From positions 31,829-95,828 of IMG/VR virus record IMGVR_UViG_3300046786_000121: a stretch of DNA of 64,000 bases; one strand, 5' to 3'. The notes below the pieces were generated by a model. The model saw only the letters and a program-made list of their open reading frames with translations, had not been told where the DNA came from and did no database searches. Position numbers and translations under genes: made by a program. The stretch comes from a virus. Of the stretch, positions 28,449 to 38,957 are shown piece after piece (within the stretch, counting starts at the first letter, position 1; each line of letters begins with the position of its first letter).

Positions 28449-29248
28449 ACAACTGGATATTTTTAAGTAAAGATGGTCAGGACCAATATATTAATATGTT
28501 TGCCATTGGTTCGGGCGGTAGAGTTATTAATTCAGCTGATTTTAATTTTTATGATAGCGAAGATCCTATTGTAATGAGAGGAATCTTAAAACATAAATTA
28601 ATGAAAAGATGTTGGCTTGAGGGCCGAGACTTTTATTTTATGGACACTGGTTATCTCGGAAATCAAAAAGGACCGTTGAATCCTATGGGATGGAAATATT
28701 ATCATAGGATTGTTAAAAATGATTTACAACACGATAAAATTGTTCCACGTCCAGACGACAGATTCAAAAAGCTAGCCATACCTATTCACAACTGGAAGAA
28801 GGGTGGTAAGAAAATATTAATAGCGAAACCAGACGAGAAACCTTGTATTTTCTATGATGTAGATCTAGAGCAATGGGTACAGGAAACTGTCGAAACCTTG
28901 AAGAAGTATACTGACCGTCCTATTGAAGTTAGAGAACGTGTTAAAAGTAGAACTGATAGAGTTATACACAATACACTTAAAGAAGCACTAGATGATGACG
29001 TGCATGCCTTAGTTACATTTAATAGTAACGCTGCAACTGAAGCAATCATGTATGGTTATCCAGCATTTACTCTAGCACCAACACATGCTGCAAAACCTGT
29101 ATCATTACAGGATCTAAGCAAAATAGAAACACCATACTACCCAGAACTAGATAAAGTCCATGCTTGGGCTAATCACTTAGCGTATGGACAGTTTCACGTA
29201 AATGAATTAAAAGATGGCACTGCCTGGAGAATTTTAAATGAGCAATGA
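28445..29248 (+). CDS. Capsule-synthesis (KpsS/KpsC-like) GT-B glycosyltransferase, paralog 1
   Basis: LVTFNSNAATEAIMYGYPAF...IETP...W..HLAY.QF...E..DG. Confidence 0.6.
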   Translation: MNNWIFLSKDGQDQYINMFAIGSGGRVINSADFNFYDSEDPIVMRGILKHKLMKRCWLEGRDFYFMDTGYLGNQKGPLNPMGWKYYHRIVKNDLQHDKIVPRPDDRFKKLAIPIHNWKKGGKKILIAKPDEKPCIFYDVDLEQWVQETVETLKKYTDRPIEVRERVKSRTDRVIHNTLKEALDDDVHALVTFNSNAATEAIMYGYPAFTLAPTHAAKPVSLQDLSKIETPYYPELDKVHAWANHLAYGQFHVNELKDGTAWRILNEQ

Positions 29249-30704
29249 TTTAATGTCAATATATGTTGGATATGATCCAAGAGAAGATATTGCATATAAG
29301 GTCTGTGAGTATTCGATTTATAAACATACGCCTGGTGCAAGTGTTAAACCGTTAAAACAAGATCAATTAAGAAGAGAAGGGTACTATACACGCCCTGTTG
29401 ATAACCTAGGAGCCACAGAATTTACATTTACAAGATTTTTAATTCCTGCATTACAAAATTATAAAGGATGGGCATTGTTTTGTGATTGCGACTTTGTATG
29501 GACAGAAGACATTGAAGAACTGTTTAAAAAAGCTGATGACAAATATGCAGTAATGGTAGTGAAGCACGATCATAAACCAACTAATGCTGTTAAGATGGAT
29601 GGAAAACCTCAGACGCAATATCCTAGAAAGAACTGGAGTTCGATGATCTTATGGAATTGCGGACATCCTAGCAATAAGAGACTAACACCAGAAGAAGTTA
29701 ACTCTCGTCCAGGTTCTTTCTTACATAGATTTGAATGGTTAGCAGACAGCGAAATTGGTTCTGTAGAAACAAAATACAATTTCTTAGTAGGTTGGAACAA
29801 CGAAAGCAAAGATGGTACTCCGGTAGCATACCACTGGACTGAAGGTGGTCCTTGGTTCCCTGCATATATGGATTGTCCATATAAGAATGTATGGTATCAA
29901 TACCTTATAGAATATGCAGATGAAGCAGGCAGAAATAACAACAGTGTACAGACTTCTATTACATGGGTTACCTGTCTTTCTAGAGAATATTATAACTATG
30001 CAGCAAACATTACAATGCCGTCGTGGACTAATTTACCAGGGGATGTTGTGTTTGTATGGGACGATAAGCCTGTTGATCTAGGATTTGGAACAATTTATAA
30101 CTTCTGGAAAGAAGTTGTATCGCCGGAAGATCCTTGGCTCAAAGAAGGCATGGGTGGTTCCAAAGCAGATAGGTTCTGGAAGAAGAGTCGAACACAGGTT
30201 TGGGCTGCACGTAAGTTTAAAGGTCTAGTTGTCTGGATAGATGCTGATATTCATGTATCGCAACCATTGACTAGAACAAAGGCTATGGAATTATTACATC
30301 CTAATCCTCGTATCTGGGCTAGTTTAGATTGTGGACAAGAGTGGCCACTAGCAGGTGATTGTCCAATTGATACCGGACTGGTTGCATTTAATACAAAGCA
30401 CCAAGACTTTGATAGATTTATTAGAGATTACTCTACTACATGGTACAACGGAGACATCTTTAAACTACCACAGCCTTATGATCATCATGCAGCAAATAAA
30501 GTTCGTGAAAAATGGCCAATGAAATCATTTACACCTAACTATAAACAATGGTCTAATCAACCTACAGAATTTATCAGCAGATTTGCCATGGAAAATAGTT
30601 ACGTGAAAGATTATTTTATACATTATCTTGGTATTGATAAAAAAGAACAACTAACTAACACAGTTGGCAATAAGGCTGATAAAAAAGAGAAAAAATCTAA
30701 ATGA
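29238..30704 (+). CDS. Two-domain GT-A glycosyltransferase
   Basis: N-domain YVGYDPRE, TEFTFTRF, CDCDF, PRKNWSS; C-domain VWIDAD. Confidence 0.85.
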   Translation: MSNDLMSIYVGYDPREDIAYKVCEYSIYKHTPGASVKPLKQDQLRREGYYTRPVDNLGATEFTFTRFLIPALQNYKGWALFCDCDFVWTEDIEELFKKADDKYAVMVVKHDHKPTNAVKMDGKPQTQYPRKNWSSMILWNCGHPSNKRLTPEEVNSRPGSFLHRFEWLADSEIGSVETKYNFLVGWNNESKDGTPVAYHWTEGGPWFPAYMDCPYKNVWYQYLIEYADEAGRNNNSVQTSITWVTCLSREYYNYAANITMPSWTNLPGDVVFVWDDKPVDLGFGTIYNFWKEVVSPEDPWLKEGMGGSKADRFWKKSRTQVWAARKFKGLVVWIDADIHVSQPLTRTKAMELLHPNPRIWASLDCGQEWPLAGDCPIDTGLVAFNTKHQDFDRFIRDYSTTWYNGDIFKLPQPYDHHAANKVREKWPMKSFTPNYKQWSNQPTEFISRFAMENSYVKDYFIHYLGIDKKEQLTNTVGNKADKKEKKSK

Positions 30705-31636
30705 AATTTGTGTCATATCTAGCTTGCCTTCCACCAAACAACAAGAATGTTGAAAAGGGGCAAATATTATCTAAGTTTGCACTTGGTGTTGGCTACATCG
30801 GTGACGAGTTAATCATTCATAATGATAGAACTCTTGTCGATGCTGATGTTGCAATGATGATAGGCTGGGTTCATGAGGACTCTAAGACTACACAACATCT
30901 TATTTTTAGAAAACAGATTATTGATAGACAAAAAAGTCTAGGTAAACGAGTATTGCTTGCAGATAGTAACTTGTTTTTATATAAAGATAAAGCTAATCCT
31001 CAACATTATCTTCGTTACAGCTTTGACGGAGTCTTTCCTAACACTGGCGAGTACTGCGATAAGGATATTGACCCAACTCGCTGGCAAAAACTGTCTGCTA
31101 ATCTAAATGTTCCCATTAAAGACTACAGAGATAACGGAAATCATATTTTATTATGCCTGCAACGTAACGGCGGATGGAGTATGGGCGGGTATGATGTCAT
31201 AGATTGGACCGCATCGACTATTAAAGAACTAAGAAAATATACTGATAGGGATATTATTATTAGAGCACATCCTGGAGACAGAAGTTCTAAAGAATATTTG
31301 CATCCTAGAAACCTAATGAAGAAAATTGGACTTCTAAAAGGTGTAAGATTGTCAAAACCAGATGCTGAATTGTCACAAGATTTAAAAAATTGTTGGGCGG
31401 TAGTAAACTACAATTCAAGCCCAACTGTGGGAGCTGCTATCGAAGGCTATCCTATTTTTGTAACTGATCCAGAACGTAGTCAATGTCGAGAAATTGCAAA
31501 TTTAAATCTTGCAGATATCGAAAATCCTGTTTTATTCGACAGGCAATCATGGGCCGAACGCCTAGCAATGTTCCATTGGAACTTCGATGAAATAGAAAGT
31601 GGTGAGTGCTGGTCACACATGAGAAAATATGTATGA
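30701..31636 (+). CDS. Capsule-synthesis-like glycosyltransferase, paralog 2
   Basis: LLCLQ, IIIRAHP, VVNYNSSPTVGAAIEGYP, IENP...R..W. Confidence 0.6.
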   Translation: MKFVSYLACLPPNNKNVEKGQILSKFALGVGYIGDELIIHNDRTLVDADVAMMIGWVHEDSKTTQHLIFRKQIIDRQKSLGKRVLLADSNLFLYKDKANPQHYLRYSFDGVFPNTGEYCDKDIDPTRWQKLSANLNVPIKDYRDNGNHILLCLQRNGGWSMGGYDVIDWTASTIKELRKYTDRDIIIRAHPGDRSSKEYLHPRNLMKKIGLLKGVRLSKPDAELSQDLKNCWAVVNYNSSPTVGAAIEGYPIFVTDPERSQCREIANLNLADIENPVLFDRQSWAERLAMFHWNFDEIESGECWSHMRKYV

Positions 31637-32346
31637 AGTTAGAAGTAATTACAAGTTTTAATAACGCCTATTATGATTTGATTGGTAAAGACTGTGTGGA
31701 AACATGGTTAAAGTACTGGCCATCAGATTTACAGTTAACATGCTATGTTGAAGAATTTGCACTGCCGGAACATTCTCGACTAAAGCAAATATCATTTGAT
31801 GAATTTAAACCAGAGTACTACGAATTTCAATCAACTGCTGACAAGCAAGTTAAAAAATTTGCCAAGAAGGCATGGAGTTTCATTCATGCCATGGAAAATT
31901 CAAAAGCAGATTGGATTATCTGGGTAGATGCTGATGTATTGACTACAGCACACATTGAAACATCACTAATTCAGTCAGTATTGCCACAACATGTTCTAAG
32001 TACGCACATGGGTGTTACATATACCGAATCTAAAGACGGAACTCCAGGAAGATGGTTTGTGCCGGAGACGGGATTTTTTGCAATCAATACACAACACGAG
32101 CAATTTCAAAATTTTAGAAGTGAATACAAACGTCACTATGTTGAAAGAGATACAAAACATCTCAGAAGATTCTATGATAACGATGTGTATGGATTTGTAT
32201 TTGAAAAATTAAATGCTCCAGGGTATGATTTGTGTAAAGGATTTACTAAACCCTACAAAACTCCCCTGAAGCATACTGTACTTGGACCGTACTTGTCTCA
32301 CTATAAAGCGAAACACTCAAAACATACGTTTAGCTTGGAGAATTGA
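31633..32346 (+). CDS. GT-A nucleotide-sugar transferase
   Basis: VITSF, KFAKKAWS, WIIWVDAD, ETGF, HYKA. Confidence 0.75.
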   Translation: MKLEVITSFNNAYYDLIGKDCVETWLKYWPSDLQLTCYVEEFALPEHSRLKQISFDEFKPEYYEFQSTADKQVKKFAKKAWSFIHAMENSKADWIIWVDADVLTTAHIETSLIQSVLPQHVLSTHMGVTYTESKDGTPGRWFVPETGFFAINTQHEQFQNFRSEYKRHYVERDTKHLRRFYDNDVYGFVFEKLNAPGYDLCKGFTKPYKTPLKHTVLGPYLSHYKAKHSKHTFSLEN

Positions 32347-33154
32347 TCCAATATTTTTCGTTTCTACGAACAATTAAATCAGCTCTATTACTTTTGCCAG
32401 TATCTTTACGCTTACCTTTTAGATGATCTAGGTAAGCTCCCCACTGACTATTGATCAATGGATGCCCTTCTCCCCTGAACAGACCAGCACTCCAGTCATA
32501 CCATTGCCATTCGGGGTGACGCTGTTTAACTTCTTTGCGAACTTCGTCAAAAACCCAACAATCATTCCACTCGCTCATTGAAAACAATCTTCCAGTGTCG
32601 TAGGCTTTTTGGAACTCTACAAGAAATTCTTGTGTAGCGGCATCCTTGAGATTCATCGAATACAAACCACACTCTGTGAATTTCTTTTCTCGACCTAAAA
32701 ACCCTAATCCAATTTCGGGAGCTGCCATTTTGTCGATAAAATGGTGGGGAACTGGGGTATGACATACCATGTCGGCATCCATCCAGAACAGAACATCGGC
32801 ATCGCAGTTGGCAGCAGCATGGCACACTGAATAAATCTTATGACTGAATCGAATAGCGTCCCATCGAAATCCAATGCCAGGTTGCTTGCCTTTAGGACCA
32901 ACCGGTCCTAGTGGAAATTCTCCACGAGCTTTTGGGTCATTTTTCCACTTTTCTTTAAATTCTACAAGTGCAGGAACAGTAGAATGTAAATCTCTCACAA
33001 CAAGATTTGGAGCAGTTTCAGTTACTTCACAATCTTCTGGGTAGACGTAAAGAGTCACATCGCTGGGCCATGTCTCTAAGAATGTTTGAATCATTCTTCT
33101 TCCATATTTTTCATAACCTGCCTTATGAAACGTGGTAACAACTGCTTTTTTCAT
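32330..33154 (-). CDS. GT-A nucleotide-sugar transferase
   Basis: VVTTF, RFSHKIYS, FWMDAD, ECGL, EWND, HLKG.RK. Confidence 0.78.
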   Translation of the reverse strand: MKKAVVTTFHKAGYEKYGRRMIQTFLETWPSDVTLYVYPEDCEVTETAPNLVVRDLHSTVPALVEFKEKWKNDPKARGEFPLGPVGPKGKQPGIGFRWDAIRFSHKIYSVCHAAANCDADVLFWMDADMVCHTPVPHHFIDKMAAPEIGLGFLGREKKFTECGLYSMNLKDAATQEFLVEFQKAYDTGRLFSMSEWNDCWVFDEVRKEVKQRHPEWQWYDWSAGLFRGEGHPLINSQWGAYLDHLKGKRKDTGKSNRADLIVRRNEKYWINSPS

Positions 33155-34134
33155 TATTTTGTATATCTCTTAATATCAGCTTCAACCATCATTTTAACAA
33201 GTCCGTCAAAGTCTGTTCTACGTTTCCAACCTAATACAGTTTCTGCCTTTGTTGGATTGCCACATAGGCTATGTAGTTCTGCTGGACGAACAAATGCTGG
33301 ATTAGTTTCAATATATTTCTGCCAATCTTCAATTCCTGCATACTTGAATGCACGTTCTAACAAGTCACCGATGGTATATTGCACACCGGTAGCAATAACA
33401 TAGTCGCCTGGTTCGGGTTGTTGCAACATTAGCCACATAGCTTCTACAAAGTCTCCGGCAAATCCCCAATCACGTTTAGCATCTAAGTTGCCCAAGACAA
33501 TTTTATCGGCTAGTCCCATTTTAATTTTAGCAACACCGTCTGTAATTTTACGTGTTACAAATTCTTTACCACGGATAGGTGATTCGTGATTGAATAAAAT
33601 ACCATTCGAAGCATGAAGACTATAACTTTCACGGAAGTTTACAGTCATCCAATAAGCATACAACTTAGCAACACCATAAGGACTACGTGGCCAGAACGGA
33701 GTTTTTTCATCTTGTTGTCCTCCGGATATTTCGATGCTGTTGCCAAACATTTCGCTAGTACTGGCTTGATAGTATCTAGTATCTGGACTGTGCTGTTTGA
33801 TAGCATTTAATATGTTTAAGACACCAACTGCATTTACTTCAGTGGTCATCTTATTAAGATCCCAACTTGCTCCTACAAAACTTTGTGCAGCTAGGTTGTA
33901 AAATTCGTTTGGCTTCAAACTCTTAACTAAGTGGTTCATACACCCGTCATCTGTGATATCACCGGTGATTAATTCGACATCATTTTCGATTCCGAGGAAC
34001 TTAATATTGTCAAGATTTGGATTAGAATATCTTTTAACTAGACCGTATACCTTATAATCTTTTTCTAAAAGAAGTTTTGCTAGGTACGGACCGTCTTGTC
34101 CAGTCATGCCTGTAACGAATGCGATTTTTTTCAT
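33154..34134 (-). CDS. gmd: GDP-mannose 4,6-dehydratase
   Basis: TGMTGQDG.YLA, YNLAAQSFV, QASTSEMFG, PRSPYGVAKLY, GILFNHESP.RG.EFVTRKI, RDWG. Confidence 0.97.
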   Translation of the reverse strand: MKKIAFVTGMTGQDGPYLAKLLLEKDYKVYGLVKRYSNPNLDNIKFLGIENDVELITGDITDDGCMNHLVKSLKPNEFYNLAAQSFVGASWDLNKMTTEVNAVGVLNILNAIKQHSPDTRYYQASTSEMFGNSIEISGGQQDEKTPFWPRSPYGVAKLYAYWMTVNFRESYSLHASNGILFNHESPIRGKEFVTRKITDGVAKIKMGLADKIVLGNLDAKRDWGFAGDFVEAMWLMLQQPEPGDYVIATGVQYTIGDLLERAFKYAGIEDWQKYIETNPAFVRPAELHSLCGNPTKAETVLGWKRRTDFDGLVKMMVEADIKRYTK

Positions 34135-34162
34135 GAATTTTCCTATCTGTAAAAACGTCTGT

Positions 34163-34170
34163 TATTTATA
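34163..34170 (-). promoter_or_regulatory. T4-type late promoter
   Basis: Perfect TATAAATA upstream of gmd. Confidence 0.7.
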
Positions 34171-34178
34171 GGGTCTTT

Positions 34179-34574
34179 TTATTTTATTTGCCAGACGTGA
34201 CAATTCTTCTGAATGTCAGTTACTTGGTACCTCTGAGACTTCATAAATTTATAATAGTCAACTGAATTACCCACTGACCCTTCTATCATGATTGTGGCTA
34301 TTGCACATCTCCAAAGTTGTTGTAAATTTGGTAAAACATGAACATATTCTTCGTCTATGAAAACAAAGTCAATGTCAGTTAATATGTTGGCACTATCTAA
34401 TTCTTCACGATAGATTAAATTTTTTGCTCTTACTGTATCGTCCTTAGGGTATACCACGAAGACTGTTTGAGCAGTATCTATTAGATCCTGTAAATTTCCA
34501 AAAGCCGAGCCGATTACCAAGACATTACGAAAATTCTTGTTAATTTTTTTCATCCGTTTTGCAAATTTACTCAT
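34179..34574 (-). CDS. Hypothetical (degenerate methyltransferase-like) protein
   Basis: LVIGSAFG...DFVFID; TAAATA upstream. Confidence 0.55.
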   Translation of the reverse strand: MSKFAKRMKKINKNFRNVLVIGSAFGNLQDLIDTAQTVFVVYPKDDTVRAKNLIYREELDSANILTDIDFVFIDEEYVHVLPNLQQLWRCAIATIMIEGSVGNSVDYYKFMKSQRYQVTDIQKNCHVWQIK

Positions 34575-34609
34575 AGATTAGCATTAAATACTAATATATT
34601 TATTGACTC

Positions 34610-35443
34610 ATGAAATTCAAAATTTACAAAGAATTTGGCGCATTGAACAGTGTGCCTGTGTTTGCTGCCTTAGAAGAAGGTATTAGAAAATCTGGATTTT
34701 CTGTGGTTGATAACGACCAAGATGTTGATGTTATATGGTCGGTGCTCTGGCAAGGCAGGATGAAAAATAATCAACAGGTATATGAAAGAGCACTACAAAA
34801 AAATAAACCGGTAATGATTGTTGAGGTAGGAAATCTATTAAGAGGACGTACTTGGAGATTGTCGCTGGGTAATATAAACGGCTCAGGAATCTTTGCAAAT
34901 CATGAAAATTTAGACATTTCTAGACCAGAAAAATTAGGAGTAAAATTATCTCCGTTAGTCGAAAATAGAAAAAATGAAATTCTAATTGCTTGCCAACATC
35001 ACAACAGTCTTCAATGGAAAGGACAACCTAATATGGTTAATTGGGCTGTTCAAAAAATTGAAGAAATTCGTAAATTTACCTCAAGACCCATTGTTGTAAG
35101 ACCACATCCTAGGAACCAATTCTCTTTAAATTATGCAGGCGTTAGAGTAGACATTCCACGACCAATACCAAATACATATGATGATTTCAATTTTGATTGC
35201 AACTATCATTGTGTTGTAAATCACAATAGTGGACCGGCGGTTAAGGCAGCAATTTGTGGTATACCAGTAATAACTGACGTATCAAGCCTTGCCTATCCAG
35301 TAAGTGATATAATTCAAAATATTGAAAATCCTGTTTTAAAAGATAGAGAAGAATGGTTTTTAAAATTGACGCACACTGAATGGACCCTTGACGAAATTGC
35401 CAGCGGTCATCCAGTTAAAAATCTCATTTCTACATTGAAATAA
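34610..35443 (+). CDS. Capsule-synthesis-like glycosyltransferase, paralog 3
   Basis: ILIACQ, IVVRPHP, VVNHNSGPAVKAAICGIP, IENP...REEW. Confidence 0.6.
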   Translation: MKFKIYKEFGALNSVPVFAALEEGIRKSGFSVVDNDQDVDVIWSVLWQGRMKNNQQVYERALQKNKPVMIVEVGNLLRGRTWRLSLGNINGSGIFANHENLDISRPEKLGVKLSPLVENRKNEILIACQHHNSLQWKGQPNMVNWAVQKIEEIRKFTSRPIVVRPHPRNQFSLNYAGVRVDIPRPIPNTYDDFNFDCNYHCVVNHNSGPAVKAAICGIPVITDVSSLAYPVSDIIQNIENPVLKDREEWFLKLTHTEWTLDEIASGHPVKNLISTLK

Positions 35444-35446
35444 TAC

Positions 35447-35475
35447 TTGACTCTTACAGATAATTCTGTTAGAAT
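35447..35475 (+). promoter_or_regulatory. sigma70 promoter (leaderless)
   Basis: TTGACT-17-TAGAAT, 6 nt before ATG 35482. Confidence 0.75.
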
Positions 35476-35481
35476 AGTTAA

Positions 35482-36669
35482 ATGGCAATATCTTTATACA
35501 TCGAAGACACCTTTACAGAGTTCTATGAACTGTGTATGGTAAATCCTGAAATACTGCAAAGACAAGACGCAGGGGCTTGCCAAAGTTTCTACGATTTAAT
35601 TATCATTAATGCCAGTCTAACTGCAAATCAAGGAAATTATCTTTTAAAGATTTTAGACAAGTACAAACACTTTGCTAAAAAATTAAATCTAGATTTTGTC
35701 GACACATTACCAAATTTAGTTTGGAAAAATTCTTTTAGAACATTAGATCTTTCTAAAACTGTTTCTGTAGAAAATACAGAAAAAGGCGTTAATGTATGCC
35801 TAAAATTTCCATATTCTTTAAAGAAAGAATTTGAAACAGATATTGAAAACGGCAAAGCAGATTCTACTAGTCGTTGGGATTCTGACAGAAAGTTGAGAGT
35901 ATTAAACTTGTATAATCACAACATTATTCAACTTCACGAATTTTGCCAAAAACACAATTTTGAGATTGACGAATCCTTTTTAGATGCTGTAAGTCAAGTT
36001 GAAGAAGTGTGGCAACATCAAGAAGATGTTTTGTGTTACAGTGTGTTTGAAGACGATAATCTAGTATTAAAAAATGCTGTAGATTCGTCTTTAACATATT
36101 GGAATGAAAATAAAACAGATTCGATTACCCATAATATGTTCCTGGCAAAATCTATGGGATATCCAGTAAAATTGCCATTTGCCGCAGAGACTGCAATTGA
36201 AAAAATTTCTTCAACTACAGAAAAAATGTTCTGGATGCAATCTGTAGAAGACTTTTTTAATTTGTATAAAGACGTAGGAGGCATTGCCTGTGTCTTGTTA
36301 GATAGAAATACAAAAAATGTTGTTGAATGGCTGGAAACTTTTGTAGAAACAGCCGATCGCCACTATGCACGTAATTTAATCAAGGTATGTTTTAGAGACG
36401 AAGCAGATAAATCTTCAAATCTAAATTCATGGATTAAAGACAACGGCTTAGGAGGCAAAGTAGACGAAGGCAAGATCCTTGTCTTTAATCATAAACCGCC
36501 TAAATGGTTGTTTACTAAGAGTGTAGATGTTAAAATTATTGTAACAAATAGTTATACTCCTCATAGTGAACCCATTGCATCTTCATGGTTATCAAGTCAT
36601 CCTTGCGTCTGCTATGTGGGAGATATAAAGCCCACGCCGCCAAGGAATAAGAAAATTGTCAGTTTGTAA
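35482..36669 (+). CDS. Hypothetical protein, possible helicase partner
   Basis: 395-aa ORF overlapping the uvsW start; weak HARP-like FPY...WD..K motif. Confidence 0.65.
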   Translation: MAISLYIEDTFTEFYELCMVNPEILQRQDAGACQSFYDLIIINASLTANQGNYLLKILDKYKHFAKKLNLDFVDTLPNLVWKNSFRTLDLSKTVSVENTEKGVNVCLKFPYSLKKEFETDIENGKADSTSRWDSDRKLRVLNLYNHNIIQLHEFCQKHNFEIDESFLDAVSQVEEVWQHQEDVLCYSVFEDDNLVLKNAVDSSLTYWNENKTDSITHNMFLAKSMGYPVKLPFAAETAIEKISSTTEKMFWMQSVEDFFNLYKDVGGIACVLLDRNTKNVVEWLETFVETADRHYARNLIKVCFRDEADKSSNLNSWIKDNGLGGKVDEGKILVFNHKPPKWLFTKSVDVKIIVTNSYTPHSEPIASSWLSSHPCVCYVGDIKPTPPRNKKIVSL

Positions 36670-38110
36670 ATTAGTAATTAAAGATGAAGTAAACATTAAG
36701 TGCGATGGCCTAAGCGTTGAAACAAGACGCAAAATTGTCAACAAACTAAAATTCGACTTACCTTACGCACGTCACATGCCTGCTTATAAACTAGGCAGAT
36801 GGGATGGCACAAAGACATACTTTGGTATCGGTGGAACTGGCTATCTTGCACATCTTGATGTTATTCTTCCAATTATCGAAGAATCCGGTTATGAGATTGA
36901 GATTGAAGATTTAAGGCAACATAGCACAATCGAATTCAATCACGTCACTGAAAACTATTGGGCAGACAAAGGCAAGACATGGCCCAAGGGACACCCGGAA
37001 GCAGGTAAGCCTATTGTTCTACGCGACTATCAATACGATGTAGTTAACAAATTTGCTGATAATCCTCAAGCACTCCAAGAAGTAGCTACAGGAGCAGGCA
37101 AGACTATTACAACAGCTACACTAAGCCATTTGTGTGAAAAATATGGACGCACAATGGTAATCGTTCCTAACAAAAGTCTTGTGGTACAAACTGAAGAAGA
37201 CTACCGAAATCTAGGATTAGATGTTGGTGTGTATTTCGGTGATAGAAAAGAATTAAACAAGACACATACAATATGCACTTGGCAAAGTCTTAACGTATTA
37301 GACAAAAACAGTTATGATTCCGATGCGCTAACACTTGCAGAGTTTACCGAAGGTGTTGCGGCAATTATTGTTGACGAGGTGCATCAAGCTAAAGCAGATG
37401 TTCTAACTAAGCTACTGACTCAGAACTTTAAGAACTGCGCTATAAGATGGGGTTTAACAGGAACTGTGCCTAAGGAAGCGTGGGAGTTTCAAGGCATACT
37501 TGCAAGCATTGGTCCAGTTATTAATCAAGTATCTGCACACGACTTACAGGAAAAGGGTGTGTTGGCCCAGTTACAAATTAATATTTTACAAACTAACGAA
37601 GTACAGGCATTTAGAAGTTTCTCAGACGAATATGCTTTCCTTGTAACAGACGATAGTCGATTAACTTGGATGGCAAATAAAATTAAAGAACTTTCACTAA
37701 GTGGAAATACACTGGTTTTAATTAATAGAATTGATACCGGTAACAAACTAATCGAACGCATCCCAGAAGCTGTATTTGTTAGTGGCGGCATGAAACTTGA
37801 CGACCGGAAAGAAGAATATGACGAAATTAAAACTGCTGATAACAAGATTATTGTGGCGACTTATGGTGTGGCCGCTGTGGGTATTAATATTCCAAGGATT
37901 TTTAATCTGGTTCTTATTGAACCCGGAAAGAGCTTTGTCCGAGTTATACAAAGTATTGGGCGAGGCATTAGAAAAGCGCAAGACAAGGACCACGTTGAGA
38001 TCTGGGATATCACATCTGCCTGCAAATACTCCAAGCGCCATCTCACGGAAAGAAAGAAGTACTACAAAGAGGCGAAATACCCCTTTACAATAACAAAAGT
38101 GAACATATGA
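36656..38110 (+). CDS. uvsW: SF2 DNA helicase UvsW-like
   Basis: LRDYQ, ATGAGKT, IVDEVH, GLTGT, QSIGRGIR. Confidence 0.92.
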   Translation: MSVCKLVIKDEVNIKCDGLSVETRRKIVNKLKFDLPYARHMPAYKLGRWDGTKTYFGIGGTGYLAHLDVILPIIEESGYEIEIEDLRQHSTIEFNHVTENYWADKGKTWPKGHPEAGKPIVLRDYQYDVVNKFADNPQALQEVATGAGKTITTATLSHLCEKYGRTMVIVPNKSLVVQTEEDYRNLGLDVGVYFGDRKELNKTHTICTWQSLNVLDKNSYDSDALTLAEFTEGVAAIIVDEVHQAKADVLTKLLTQNFKNCAIRWGLTGTVPKEAWEFQGILASIGPVINQVSAHDLQEKGVLAQLQINILQTNEVQAFRSFSDEYAFLVTDDSRLTWMANKIKELSLSGNTLVLINRIDTGNKLIERIPEAVFVSGGMKLDDRKEEYDEIKTADNKIIVATYGVAAVGINIPRIFNLVLIEPGKSFVRVIQSIGRGIRKAQDKDHVEIWDITSACKYSKRHLTERKKYYKEAKYPFTITKVNI

Positions 38111-38613
38111 AAATTTTAACCCTAAACAATAGATCTTTTGATCTAAATGACTTACCAGATGAAGTAGACGAAGATACAAGATTTTCTGTACTTGATAATA
38201 GTAATCCGAACGAACCGGATTTCTATTTCATGCCATTGATATTTCTTGAGTCATTTAACAGTCCTGCTATCTTACTAAATGTTGGAGGCTATGAAGTTCA
38301 AATGCCACTTGACTGGTGTATGGTAGTTGGAGATAAAGACTGTGGACTAGATCCAGAAGTATTACCGTTAACTAGTTTAAATGAACGGGGTTTTGACGCT
38401 TTCTCTTTTAATCCAGTAAATGGATTTAAGTGTGAATATTATCCTATTGAAATAGTAAACATCTATCAGGATGTTCGTTGGTATTTCCCAAAGATGAAGA
38501 ATGGACAATTATTAACAGTTCCATTACACGACGGACCTAATCCTCCGTGTGTATTCTTTGTTAAAGAGATTAGTAGACAAAGCGAAATTTTACAACTCGA
38601 CAAGGTGATTTAA
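38107..38613 (+). CDS. Conserved-looking hypothetical protein
   Basis: ATGA coupling; 168 aa. Confidence 0.75.
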   Translation: MKILTLNNRSFDLNDLPDEVDEDTRFSVLDNSNPNEPDFYFMPLIFLESFNSPAILLNVGGYEVQMPLDWCMVVGDKDCGLDPEVLPLTSLNERGFDAFSFNPVNGFKCEYYPIEIVNIYQDVRWYFPKMKNGQLLTVPLHDGPNPPCVFFVKEISRQSEILQLDKVI

Positions 38614-38957
38614 TGAAACAAGGTAAAGTATGGGGACAAACAGAATTGCTTGAAGCTAATGGTGTATTAGAATTTCATCGCATTGAAGCTAAAGCTGGTG
38701 GCGTGTGTTCTAAACACAAACACAAGTATAAGTGGAATGGCTTCTTTGTTGAGCAAGGAGAAATGATTATTAGGGTATGGAAAAATAACTATAGCCTAGT
38801 AGATGAAACACTTCTCAAAGCAGGACAATATACAAAGGTTGCACCGGGTGAATATCATCAATTCGAAGCAGTAACTGATTGTATTGCATTTGAATTGTAT
38901 TGGGCAGAGTTTGATCATGATGACATCGAACGTGAAACTGTAGGATTTACAAAGTAA
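38613..38957 (+). CDS. Cupin-domain protein
   Basis: KVWG, CSKHKH..K.NGF.V..G, PGEYHQF. Confidence 0.85.
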   Translation: MKQGKVWGQTELLEANGVLEFHRIEAKAGGVCSKHKHKYKWNGFFVEQGEMIIRVWKNNYSLVDETLLKAGQYTKVAPGEYHQFEAVTDCIAFELYWAEFDHDDIERETVGFTK

